Source: Vulcanimicrobiaceae bacterium
Lineage (GTDB): Bacteria; Vulcanimicrobiota; Vulcanimicrobiia; Vulcanimicrobiales; Vulcanimicrobiaceae
Direction: 5' to 3'
Assembly: GCA_035938175.1 (NCBI GenBank)
Contig: DASZHD010000046.1
Coordinates: forward strand, 9,294 to 73,293
DNA: 64,000 nt
Each line of letters begins with the position of its first letter. The first letter of the stretch is position 1. The position numbers and the translations under genes are program-made. The notes below the pieces were generated by a model that had not been told where the DNA came from, ran no database searches, and saw only the letters and a list, made by a program, of their open reading frames with translations. Below are positions 28,277 through 36,672 of this stretch, in pieces.

Positions 28277-29743
28277 ATGGACGTTGTAGAGACAAGCGCC
28301 GGCTTCGACATCGCCCTTGCTCGGTTACGGGCGGCAAATTCCAATGTAGAAGATGAAACCTTCAAATGGGATGACGTTCGCGAAATTCTATGGCTTCAGC
28401 TCACAAACACGGATGTCGTGGCTTCCCGCAAGACCACGGATAGGAGTCACGCTACATCCATCGAGATAACAGACGGCGCAAATACTTCCCCGAACAAGGT
28501 TCGCGATTTCTTCCCAGCTCTCGCATTCAGCGAGAGATACCCTGAGCGACGAACCGCCGTACCGATTCGTTGGCGGCGCGAAAACGTAACCGGGCTGACG
28601 GAGCGTTTTGGCCAACCGAAGAGCGAGGAACCTGGTTGGGATTTAGGCACATGTCAGATACGTCGTACAAGGAACCGCAACGAGACCCAGAACCCCGGGT
28701 TGATGATCGCATACGAAAACGATATGCACGATCTTCGCGCTGCTCTACAAGAACACGACGCGCTTGTATTTGTACGGCGCGGCGGTGTACTCTCTTATGA
28801 GGTGTTCGGAATTGCACCTGAGCCACCATTCGACCCCATTCTAAACGGCAAACGGATCTTCGTTCGTGATCCGAGTCCAGGCGATCGCCGACAAGTATGG
28901 ACTTACAAAGATGCAAGGTTGCGATCGCTGGTCTCGTTCCTGGAGCAACCGGCCGGCCCGCAGGCGCAATCTCAAATTGATCGGGTTGTCGCAATCGCGA
29001 AAGAGCATGGGTCCACTGCAATTATCGCTCTCGCTGGCGTACCAGGTACCGGGAAGACGTACGTTTCCGAGCGAGCGGCAATCGCTATAGCGGGCGACCG
29101 GAGCCGGGTAGAAGTTGTGCAGTTTCATGCCGCATACGCGTATGAGGAATTTGTAGAAGGCATTACCTTTGAAGGCGAGCCGAAGAGCGGGTTGCTTCTA
29201 AGGCTAAATGAAAAGGCTGCACAAGACCTTAGCAATACGTACGTACTTGTCATTGAAGAGCTAACTCGCGCCGATCTCAGCGCGGTGTTAGGCGAGCTCC
29301 TGACGTACATTGAGTATCGCGACCGCTTCGTGACGCTTCCGTACAGCGGTAAAAAGTTTCGGTTGGCGCCCAACGTTATAGTGCTTGCGACCTATAACCC
29401 CACGGATCGTTCGGCCCTTGAGGTGGACGCAGCACTGCTGCGCCGGCTACGCATCATAGACTTTTTGCCGTCGTACGATCTTGCGTTTGAGATACTGAAG
29501 TTTAATGGCGTCGATGACGAAACCGCCACGAAAGCAGCTTCCGTCATGCTGGTGCAGAAGGCTGACCCTCGGTGGGCTTTTAGAATGCCCTTTGGGCATG
29601 GAATTTACGCGGACGTTCGTGGCGTTAACGACCTACAAGACCTTTGGGAGCAACGTATCAGCCGGTTCTTGCATGGGCCGTGGGAAGATCATCCGTATGC
29701 CGCCGATATCACTGCCGCTTATCCGTGGCGTAAAAATGCATGA
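28277..29743 (+). CDS. McrB-like AAA+ (GTPase-type) restriction subunit with uncharacterised ~230-aa N-terminal domain
   Basis: Walker A AGVPGTGKTY, Walker B/McrB-type VLVIEELTRAD, VIVLATYNPTDRS..VDAALLRR (AAA_5/McrB signature). Confidence 0.85.
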   Translation: MDVVETSAGFDIALARLRAANSNVEDETFKWDDVREILWLQLTNTDVVASRKTTDRSHATSIEITDGANTSPNKVRDFFPALAFSERYPERRTAVPIRWRRENVTGLTERFGQPKSEEPGWDLGTCQIRRTRNRNETQNPGLMIAYENDMHDLRAALQEHDALVFVRRGGVLSYEVFGIAPEPPFDPILNGKRIFVRDPSPGDRRQVWTYKDARLRSLVSFLEQPAGPQAQSQIDRVVAIAKEHGSTAIIALAGVPGTGKTYVSERAAIAIAGDRSRVEVVQFHAAYAYEEFVEGITFEGEPKSGLLLRLNEKAAQDLSNTYVLVIEELTRADLSAVLGELLTYIEYRDRFVTLPYSGKKFRLAPNVIVLATYNPTDRSALEVDAALLRRLRIIDFLPSYDLAFEILKFNGVDDETATKAASVMLVQKADPRWAFRMPFGHGIYADVRGVNDLQDLWEQRISRFLHGPWEDHPYAADITAAYPWRKNA

Positions 29744-30980
29744 CCAAGAATTGCCTAAAGCTGTGTTGCAGATGCGGGAGTGGGGACGGCGCGATATATC
29801 GACTGCCGACGCATTAACTTTTATTTCCGATGGCGCGTTCGGGCTATTATCTTCGCAAAATGTGTTGCAGGTTGTACGCGATCGGCGTGGCATCGCTTTG
29901 CGGGCATTCAGCTATGTGGGTCGATGTGACATCAACGACAAAAAGATCATAGTTGAACCGCGACTTTCCTGCAGCTACGACCCGCTTATCAAAGAGCTTG
30001 ACGCGTTAGATGCAAAGGCGGTCAATGGAGTACTCGAGCAGCTTTCGCTCGGTAGTACCGGCCGGTCTTTCATTGAAGCATTCATTTCAGCGGCTCAAAG
30101 CTATTTCAGCATTGGGCGGCTGAATCGCTACACTGCGGTGGATGAAGCTAGCCGGTTCGCGAGAGGAAAGATAATTACTCCGGCTACAATACGGCTTCGA
30201 GCCCGCGGGCGGAGCAACGTTGTCGTTACGCGGCGACGGACCCTGTCCCCCCCGACGCTGGCTCATAGTGCGCTGCGTCAGGCGCTTCTCTTGGCTGAGC
30301 AGCAGTTACTGAATCATGACAACCAAGATTCTCGCATCATAGAGCTGCGATCTCTAAGCCGGCTGTTGCCGATCGCGATGCCTACGTCGCTGAACCTTTT
30401 GCTGGACGCATGCGATGAAGCTCAAAAAGCATCCGCACCGTACATACGCGATCTTTTTAAGATCGTAAAGATAATTTTGCTGGGCGGTGCCGACAGTTCT
30501 CTCTCGGTACCGATCATCCAACTTGATCGCGCCATGTTCTTCGACATGGCGAAAGTAATAGAAAATGCGGTGCGCAGAATAGTAGCTCGTTCACTCTCAT
30601 CCCATCGCGTGTTGGATGGTAACGTGCATAAGCAGCCTTTCTTGCAGAATCCCATCAGTCTGGGGGAACCAGATATCGTTATCTATGATAGATCTAGGCT
30701 TATTGCCTTGATGGATGTAAAAGATAAGATCGTGGTGTCGGCGTCACGGGACGATGTATATCAGATATTTAGCCACTGTGTAGGTGCCGGTGCGAACCTT
30801 GGAGTCCTGATATTCATTGGCGAGGATTATGAAAGCCCCAAGCTAATTGGCGCGTGGGACTCACGGATATCCCTATTGCAAACCACCATTCGTCCCAACG
30901 AACCGGAGCGAGATCTGCGTCTAATGCTTTCGCAGCTAGCTATCGCGCGCGAAGAATCCTTTGCCACTAATAGGGCCTAG
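29736..30980 (+). CDS. McrC-like PD-(D/E)xK nuclease subunit
   Basis: McrC N-domain pattern (SYVGRCDINDKKIIVEPR), RGKI, and a C-terminal nuclease core GEPDIVIY...LMDVKDK...DDVYQIFSH. I use the ATG at 29736, which overlaps the McrB-like stop by 8 nt. The longer ORF-track start lies inside the upstream gene. Confidence 0.8.
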   Translation: MHDQELPKAVLQMREWGRRDISTADALTFISDGAFGLLSSQNVLQVVRDRRGIALRAFSYVGRCDINDKKIIVEPRLSCSYDPLIKELDALDAKAVNGVLEQLSLGSTGRSFIEAFISAAQSYFSIGRLNRYTAVDEASRFARGKIITPATIRLRARGRSNVVVTRRRTLSPPTLAHSALRQALLLAEQQLLNHDNQDSRIIELRSLSRLLPIAMPTSLNLLLDACDEAQKASAPYIRDLFKIVKIILLGGADSSLSVPIIQLDRAMFFDMAKVIENAVRRIVARSLSSHRVLDGNVHKQPFLQNPISLGEPDIVIYDRSRLIALMDVKDKIVVSASRDDVYQIFSHCVGAGANLGVLIFIGEDYESPKLIGAWDSRISLLQTTIRPNEPERDLRLMLSQLAIAREESFATNRA

Positions 30981-31510
30981 AGCGCTCATCGTTCATAAGG
31001 CCACTGACTTAAGGATTAGTCGCTCTGGGTGGCTCGGAACCAGGTCTATCGCGATAGCAACGGCCATCGATTTATTCATGAATGCGCGCAGAAACCGCTT
31101 TCCGCACGATGGGCGTTAACGCGCAGCCCGTACAGCTATTAGTATCAGATGATGCGAGCAAATTAACTAGCAACGCGTTTAAGTTCAAGTAGTTTGTGTG
31201 TGGCTGAGCTAATACGGAGTCCTCTGAGCGGCATCATTATGCCGTTTACCACAACGAGAAAACGTTCGCCGAAGGCACGACATGCGTGGGCGAGATCAGC
31301 CGATATGGCTGCCACTTCGTTCATCAGGATCCCCAAATCATCACGAACGCGTCTCCGTAGCGGAATCGGCGCGTACGTCGGCTCAAGCGGCAAAGTTCGC
31401 CATCGAATACCGGCGATGCGGAGTCTGTCATCCGCGCCGCCGGACGCGATCAGGTCCGCCAATGCTTTTGTGTGCGTCGAATGGGGATGCTGCAGGCTGA
31501 CGTCTCCCCA

Positions 31511-31686
31511 TGAGTGCCCCCGCTGATATGTGGAATCTGGGGCGTGAGCGTCGAAAGGAAAACCACATGCGCAAGTCCCAATTCACCGAAGCTCGGGTCG
31601 TCGGCCTTCTCGCAAAATCGACAGACCTTAAAATATTCCACCTTCCGTGCGATGGGATCTCCTACGCTGATGGCTACCGTCGGTAA
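31511..31686 (+). mobile_element. decayed IS3-family (IS407-like) left end with truncated orfA
   Basis: A 39-codon ORF at 31567..31686 encodes MRKSQFTEARVVGLLAKSTDLKIFHLPCDGISYADGYRR, resembling the HTH N-terminus of IS3/IS407 OrfA (MRKSRFTEEQI.G.L.........DLCRKHGIS.ATFY.W). The upstream tgagtgcccccgctg begins with the TG(A) typical of IS3 inverted repeats. No orfB follows. Confidence 0.45.
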
Positions 31687-32018
31687 ATTGTTCCCGAGGC
31701 TGGTGTGTGCCTTTGCCCCAGCCCGTGTTCTTTCCAGTATCGACTAGTGTGAGAGTCGTCCAAACGCCGGGACATCAGCGCACAGCGAACGCGTTGACAC
31801 TTCCAACTCATCGGATACGAACGGTCAGGTCTGTAGGAAGATCGGGCATGCGGAGGACTCGCGGCCTTGGCCAAGCATGCCAGTCAACAAAAGTGCAGTC
31901 GTCAATGGCGTTTTGGTAAGATTCGTTAGCGTTGTTACAACCTCCGCGATTCGTGAGTAACAGCCAACGTATAATGGTCTGATAACGATGTTGGTCTCTT
32001 TGGATCATAGCGAGACGG

Positions 32019-35000
32019 TCACTTCTTTTCGGCCTCTTGCACGTACGCACAGAGAAGATTAACGAGGGCCATCTGCTCGGGAGTACGGCAACGAATTTGC
32101 AGTAGACGCGGTGAGCAGAAGAGCACGCTTAGACATTGCGCGCGCGAGATGGCGACGTTGAAGCGGTTCTTCTCGAAGAGAAATTCCATATTGCGCGGCA
32201 GATCTTCACCGCTCGACGTCGCCATGGAGTACAGCACAATTGGGGCCTGAAGCCCCTGGAATTTGTCGACCGTGCCGACCGCGATATGTCCGAAGCCTGC
32301 CGCTCGAAGGCGCTGCTTGATTAAGACGCGCTGTGCGTTGTAGGGCGACACGATGAGAATGCTTGACTCGGTAATTGGGCGCCCGGATTCGGTACGCGTT
32401 TTGTAGGTGCCGCGCATGAGCAGCCTCACCTCTCTTACGATCGCTGCGGCTTCCTCGACAGAGGACCGGCGGTTGCCTTCGTGATCGATCGGTCTCCAAC
32501 GCAGCCCACTTCCCGCAAGACCGGGCGAAGTAACTGCATTAATCTCGTTCCCCTCGGCCGGCCTAAGACGGCCTTCATAGACTGCGTCAGAGATGAAGCC
32601 GCAAATCGACGGATGCATCCGCCAGGAGTGCAGCAAAAAGATGCCGCGGTCTTCAGGAATAGTCGCATGATCGCCCAAGAGATGCTGAAGAATGGACCGG
32701 CTGATGCCTGGCGGATGCTTTCCTTGTGAGACTTGTGCAAGCTGGAGAGGGTCACCGAGTAGCACGACACTTCTCGCGGCCCGTGCGCAGGCGATCGCGT
32801 CGGCGATAGGAAGTTGACCGGCCTCGTCGATTATCAACACATCGAAGGCGTTCGCCGCATTGCCCAATGCGAAAAGCCAGGGCGTACCCGAAACCAGTTC
32901 ATACTGCTCCTTGAGAGCATCGTCTGACTTCTTTTGATTAACGACTAACGCTCTTTCCCCGAGCGCCGACACGTATTGATCCTCGTCGTCGGTGTATTTG
33001 TGTGCGCCCCGGAAAACGTGTGAATCCTCGACCGCCGCTTTTTCCACGGCGGCTACGAGGTTGTGCGCTGCCTTGTGGCTGCGCGCCAGCACGCCAACAC
33101 GCTTACCGGCTTTCAAGAGCTCTACGATCGCGCGACCGCCCGTCGTACTCTTCCCAGTTCCGGGCGGTCCTTGTACGACGAGATAGCTGGAATCGAGTTC
33201 GAGAACTGCCTTCGCGAGGGATTGCCCATCGACGTGCGCCGGCTGAATGGTAGTGCCTGGCTGGTGGCCCTTCATCCGAGGAAATGCCATAAGCAGCATA
33301 TCCACGATTGCTGGGTGCTCGTTTTGGAGTCTACCGTCGATATAGAGCCGTGCGATATCGGCGAGAGCCTGGCGTTGGGGACCGCCGTCAAACGGTTTGG
33401 GAACCAGGGCGCGTAGCGCTGCATGATCCTCTTGCGGCCACCGGCGAAGTTGGAGTGTCCGAGTCTCATCATCGAGACTGACGAGCTCCCCGGCGCTCTT
33501 CATGGTATCTGGATCGTGAACGTGGGACCCGACGACGATGCCGTGCTGTTGTTCCGGAAAAGAAAACGTGTACGTCAACTTACGTTTGCCGGCCACCTTG
33601 ATGGGTTCAATTTCCGGGCACCAGTTGAGTTCGCCGATACATTCGTGATCAAATTCCGCGAGTTCGTCGGCGTTGCGACAGCGATGGAAGTACTCCCACC
33701 ACGATGGCTTCGCTTCGCTGCGATGGTAGTCGATTAGGTTTGCAAGATACCAGCGAAGTCGTTCGTCATCTGATAGCGCCCCCAGAGCAGCGAGATCGGC
33801 AGGCGGTTCTAGTCCAGCCAGAATCTGCTCGCGAAGCTCGCGCGTCGCGGCATTCTCTGCGCGTTTTTCCTCGCTCGGCGGCTTAGAGGCGTCGGGTACG
33901 AACCAGGGAAGATCGATTTTTTGGTCACGCTGCAATTGTTCGCGTCGTTCGAGAAGCCAATTGTGGAGGTGAAATGTCGAGCGGCAATCCTCATCGTTGT
34001 AGTGTCGGATCATCTCTAGGATCGAAGCGTCTCGGCGGTCTAGCCACTCTTCGAACAAGAGAATCGAGTCATCGCCGCGCTTAAGGTCTGCCGTACGATG
34101 GAAGTCGTAGAATGGCTCCAACTTCTTGATCGAGTAGCTCTCTTGTGAGATGCGAAGGCCTTGGCGCACTACCGTATAGAGATCCACAAAGACCTGAGCG
34201 CGCAGAAGGTCGTCGAATTCGTCAACGAGCGTGTTGTAACGAGTCGTAAGACGGCCTAAGGCCGTCTTTTCGTAGCTCGCATAGTGATAGACATGCATAT
34301 TGGGATATTTCTCGCGCCATTCCATGACGAAGGCAAGAAAGTCGGTTACTGCCCCTCTCTGCTCGACGAGCGAATGCGCCCAATAGGCGACGTACCGATC
34401 CTCTGCCGGCATGTAGACGCCGAACAAATACTCCAGGCCGGTCTCGGGTGCGTAGTAGGGGTCCCCCTCCATATCAAAGTAGAGATCGCCCTCGTCGCGC
34501 TCTGGAAGGAGCGAGAACCCGCGCTTTGGATCGCTCGGAAGGATCCTGAAATGGTACGCATCTTTTCCGGTTACGCCGGCCTCGATGGACTTGCGTTGCA
34601 GCACTTGTAGTTGGGCTTGCTGCGCCAAGTTATCAAAGGTGCCTGGATTGAAGCCGGTTGGTCGTGTTCCATTGGCATTGGCGAGCTGCGCAACCGTCGT
34701 GATTCCATCGGCATTGAGTTTGGCGATCTGATCGCGGCGCATCCAGGCGACAAGGCTGAGATGGTCGTCCTTGCGTCGTCGTTGGTCACAAACCGGGTCC
34801 CACTCACAGAGTAAGCAGTGCTCAACCTTGTCCGGATAGGCTTGGAGGACTTCGATATTCTGCAAGAACCATTTCCGTAGATGACGGTAATACGCCAAAT
34901 AGTCGTGTATGGCAAAGGACCGCTCCTCACCGCTTCCGAGCGCGACCATCATGTGTCTGGGAAGAAGCCCGTCTTGGAGGCGGCTGAGGTGCTCGCTGTA

Positions 35001-35465
35001 CGAGCAGAGTTGAATAAGGAAATACGCCTTCGCTGAGCGCGCGAGCTTCGTGTCGATGACTTCGTAGCTGAAACCCGAGGGGGTCCGTTCATCTTGAATT
35101 CGTCGAAGAAAATCAGCGCGCCCGAGAAATGCACCGTCAAAGAAAGTGGGCTGATAGATATAGGAAACGCCGCCTTCCATCGCTCGGCGTGTAGCTTGAT
35201 CGGCCGCGATCAGACCGTTGATGGATCGATCCGCAAGACGGGCAGGGAACTCGTGCACCGAGGCGTCGCTGCGCTTGAGCCGATCCAAGAATCGTTGCTC
35301 GTGTTCTTCGCCTTTGCGTCCTAGCAGGTCCGACGTCGGATCGGATGGTGGCGCCGTCAATCCACCCAATGCGACCTGACGCTGAAGCTCGCTGAGGTGG
35401 GGACACTCCAGAAAATTGTTGAGGTCCGTCGCTGAAAAGATCAGTCGACCATCGGCCCGCTGCAG
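32019..35465 (-). CDS. fused Cas4/RecB-like PD-(D/E)xK nuclease + RNase-H-like domain + SF1 (DNA2/Upf1-type) helicase
   Basis: Nuclease core GRADFL...YEVIDTKLA...YFLIQLCSY with a Cys cluster CLLCEWDPVC. An RNase-H-like segment follows (YFDMEGDPYY...HVYHYASYEKTAL). The helicase has Walker A QGPPGTGKST, VLIIDEAGQL, LLGDPLQL, SPYNAQR, VDKFQGLQAPIV and NVAISRA. The 5' end is extended past the ORF-track TTG (35369) to include the in-frame DLNNFLECPH. Confidence 0.85.
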   Translation of the reverse strand: MQRADGRLIFSATDLNNFLECPHLSELQRQVALGGLTAPPSDPTSDLLGRKGEEHEQRFLDRLKRSDASVHEFPARLADRSINGLIAADQATRRAMEGGVSYIYQPTFFDGAFLGRADFLRRIQDERTPSGFSYEVIDTKLARSAKAYFLIQLCSYSEHLSRLQDGLLPRHMMVALGSGEERSFAIHDYLAYYRHLRKWFLQNIEVLQAYPDKVEHCLLCEWDPVCDQRRRKDDHLSLVAWMRRDQIAKLNADGITTVAQLANANGTRPTGFNPGTFDNLAQQAQLQVLQRKSIEAGVTGKDAYHFRILPSDPKRGFSLLPERDEGDLYFDMEGDPYYAPETGLEYLFGVYMPAEDRYVAYWAHSLVEQRGAVTDFLAFVMEWREKYPNMHVYHYASYEKTALGRLTTRYNTLVDEFDDLLRAQVFVDLYTVVRQGLRISQESYSIKKLEPFYDFHRTADLKRGDDSILLFEEWLDRRDASILEMIRHYNDEDCRSTFHLHNWLLERREQLQRDQKIDLPWFVPDASKPPSEEKRAENAATRELREQILAGLEPPADLAALGALSDDERLRWYLANLIDYHRSEAKPSWWEYFHRCRNADELAEFDHECIGELNWCPEIEPIKVAGKRKLTYTFSFPEQQHGIVVGSHVHDPDTMKSAGELVSLDDETRTLQLRRWPQEDHAALRALVPKPFDGGPQRQALADIARLYIDGRLQNEHPAIVDMLLMAFPRMKGHQPGTTIQPAHVDGQSLAKAVLELDSSYLVVQGPPGTGKSTTGGRAIVELLKAGKRVGVLARSHKAAHNLVAAVEKAAVEDSHVFRGAHKYTDDEDQYVSALGERALVVNQKKSDDALKEQYELVSGTPWLFALGNAANAFDVLIIDEAGQLPIADAIACARAARSVVLLGDPLQLAQVSQGKHPPGISRSILQHLLGDHATIPEDRGIFLLHSWRMHPSICGFISDAVYEGRLRPAEGNEINAVTSPGLAGSGLRWRPIDHEGNRRSSVEEAAAIVREVRLLMRGTYKTRTESGRPITESSILIVSPYNAQRVLIKQRLRAAGFGHIAVGTVDKFQGLQAPIVLYSMATSSGEDLPRNMEFLFEKNRFNVAISRAQCLSVLFCSPRLLQIRCRTPEQMALVNLLCAYVQEAEKK

Positions 35466-35499
35466 AAGATGCTCCTTTCACCCACGCTATTTGTCGGAC

Positions 35500-35754
35500 T
35501 CATCGTATCCTACTCTTTGCTTCCGCCAACCGTGTGACACTCGGGCAGCGATAATCGTCCCTTTGGGCATACGAGACTATTCCGAGGATGCCGCTCGGTA
35601 TCCGTGTGATGGTCGGAGAGTATACGACGACTCGCGATAGAACGTCGATGTCACGGCCCAGGGTTGTAACGGCGTGTTGCTGGTTGCCCATCAGGCCTGC
35701 ATCCATTAGTAGGAGTGAGCCATAAACCTGTGGTGACACGGATTCGCCATTCAT
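35500..35754 (-). CDS. hypothetical small protein immediately upstream of the nuclease-helicase
   Basis: 84 codons from the internal ATG, on the same strand as the helicase and ending about 35 nt before its putative start. No motif recognised, so coding status is uncertain. Confidence 0.25.
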   Translation of the reverse strand: MNGESVSPQVYGSLLLMDAGLMGNQQHAVTTLGRDIDVLSRVVVYSPTITRIPSGILGIVSYAQRDDYRCPSVTRLAEAKSRIR

Positions 35755-36183
35755 CGGTGTCTCCCAGGTCCATGGGTCGCGTAGTGTACTGCGCATGACA
35801 CTTGTGACTCATTGTTACACAGTGGCGATGCCCGCTATTTCCAGTAGTGGACTGCACGCTCGCAGAACATACCGCCGCATCAGGCGATTTGCATGGCAAC
35901 TCCGCAGCAGCGGTTATGGACGCTGGCCGCCAAGGCCATTCCGCCCTCACCAAAGACGCCGCGCACTGCTGCTGGTTACGAAGGGGCTCGCGCTGAAGTG
36001 TAACGTCTACTGCGCGCGCCAACGAGTGCGGCCGGCTTCGAATATCTTACAAACGCCCTCGTCGAATCGCGACGTAGTCGGACGCACCGAAAAACGCGAT
36101 TTTGCATGGTTTCACCGCGCGGCACGTCCGGTGTAACCTCCCGCCGCCAACCCTCTGACACCACCGCATGCCAAAATATCCTC

Positions 36184-36672
36184 ATGGAAGAAGACAATGC
36201 CCGCAACCGGCGGGCGCTCAAAGCGCTTATCAATGCCGGTGGCTTCATGGCGCATCGCTTTGGCGAATCCGGCTTCGTGATGCCGTTCAGCGGTAGACTG
36301 CGCGACTGGCATATTCGCGCGAACCTTTGCGGTGGGTGGCTCGCAATGAGCACGTATGTTATGGAGTTACCCGACAAAGGCCCGACGCGCTCCGGACTCC
36401 TGGAGCGGATGCTCGAACTCAACGACGTCATCAGCGTCGGAAAATTTAGCAAGCACGAGCAAGCGCTGCATCTCGACGTGGAGTACCGCCAAGAACATGT
36501 GGACGCAAGCGCGTTTAGCGGTCTTGTCGGTCTCGTGCACTCGGTTTGCGAGCAGTACTATCCCGAACTCGTCCGCATCGCAACGGGCGATACTGCGCTG
36601 CAGCAACTGGAGGTGGCGTTCCAGCGGCCCGCGCTCGGCGCCGAATCAAAGGAGCGCCGGAAAGCGGACTAA
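36184..36672 (+). CDS. hypothetical protein (possibly YbjN / type-III-chaperone-like fold)
   Basis: About 162 aa from the internal ATG. The general pattern (LLERMLELND...GKFS...ALHLDVEY) is reminiscent of the YbjN family. It is convergent with the WYL regulator and overlaps it by 4 nt. Confidence 0.4.
   Translation: MEEDNARNRRALKALINAGGFMAHRFGESGFVMPFSGRLRDWHIRANLCGGWLAMSTYVMELPDKGPTRSGLLERMLELNDVISVGKFSKHEQALHLDVEYRQEHVDASAFSGLVGLVHSVCEQYYPELVRIATGDTALQQLEVAFQRPALGAESKERRKAD

Noticed and set aside
29505-29735. Long N-terminal extensions offered by the ORF track: McrC-like from 29505, hslU from 61879, CBM9-like from 42696, the small secreted protein from 47391, the response regulator from 41914, and metK from 18767.
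   Set aside because: These extensions lie inside the upstream gene or lack family-typical sequence. The internal starts give canonical N-termini, signal peptides or stop/start coupling.
31163-31462. The 99-aa ORF on the minus strand, and other short ORFs across 30981..32018.
   Set aside because: There are no recognisable motifs, the ORFs overlap one another, and the region carries an IS remnant. I treat it as decayed or non-coding DNA.
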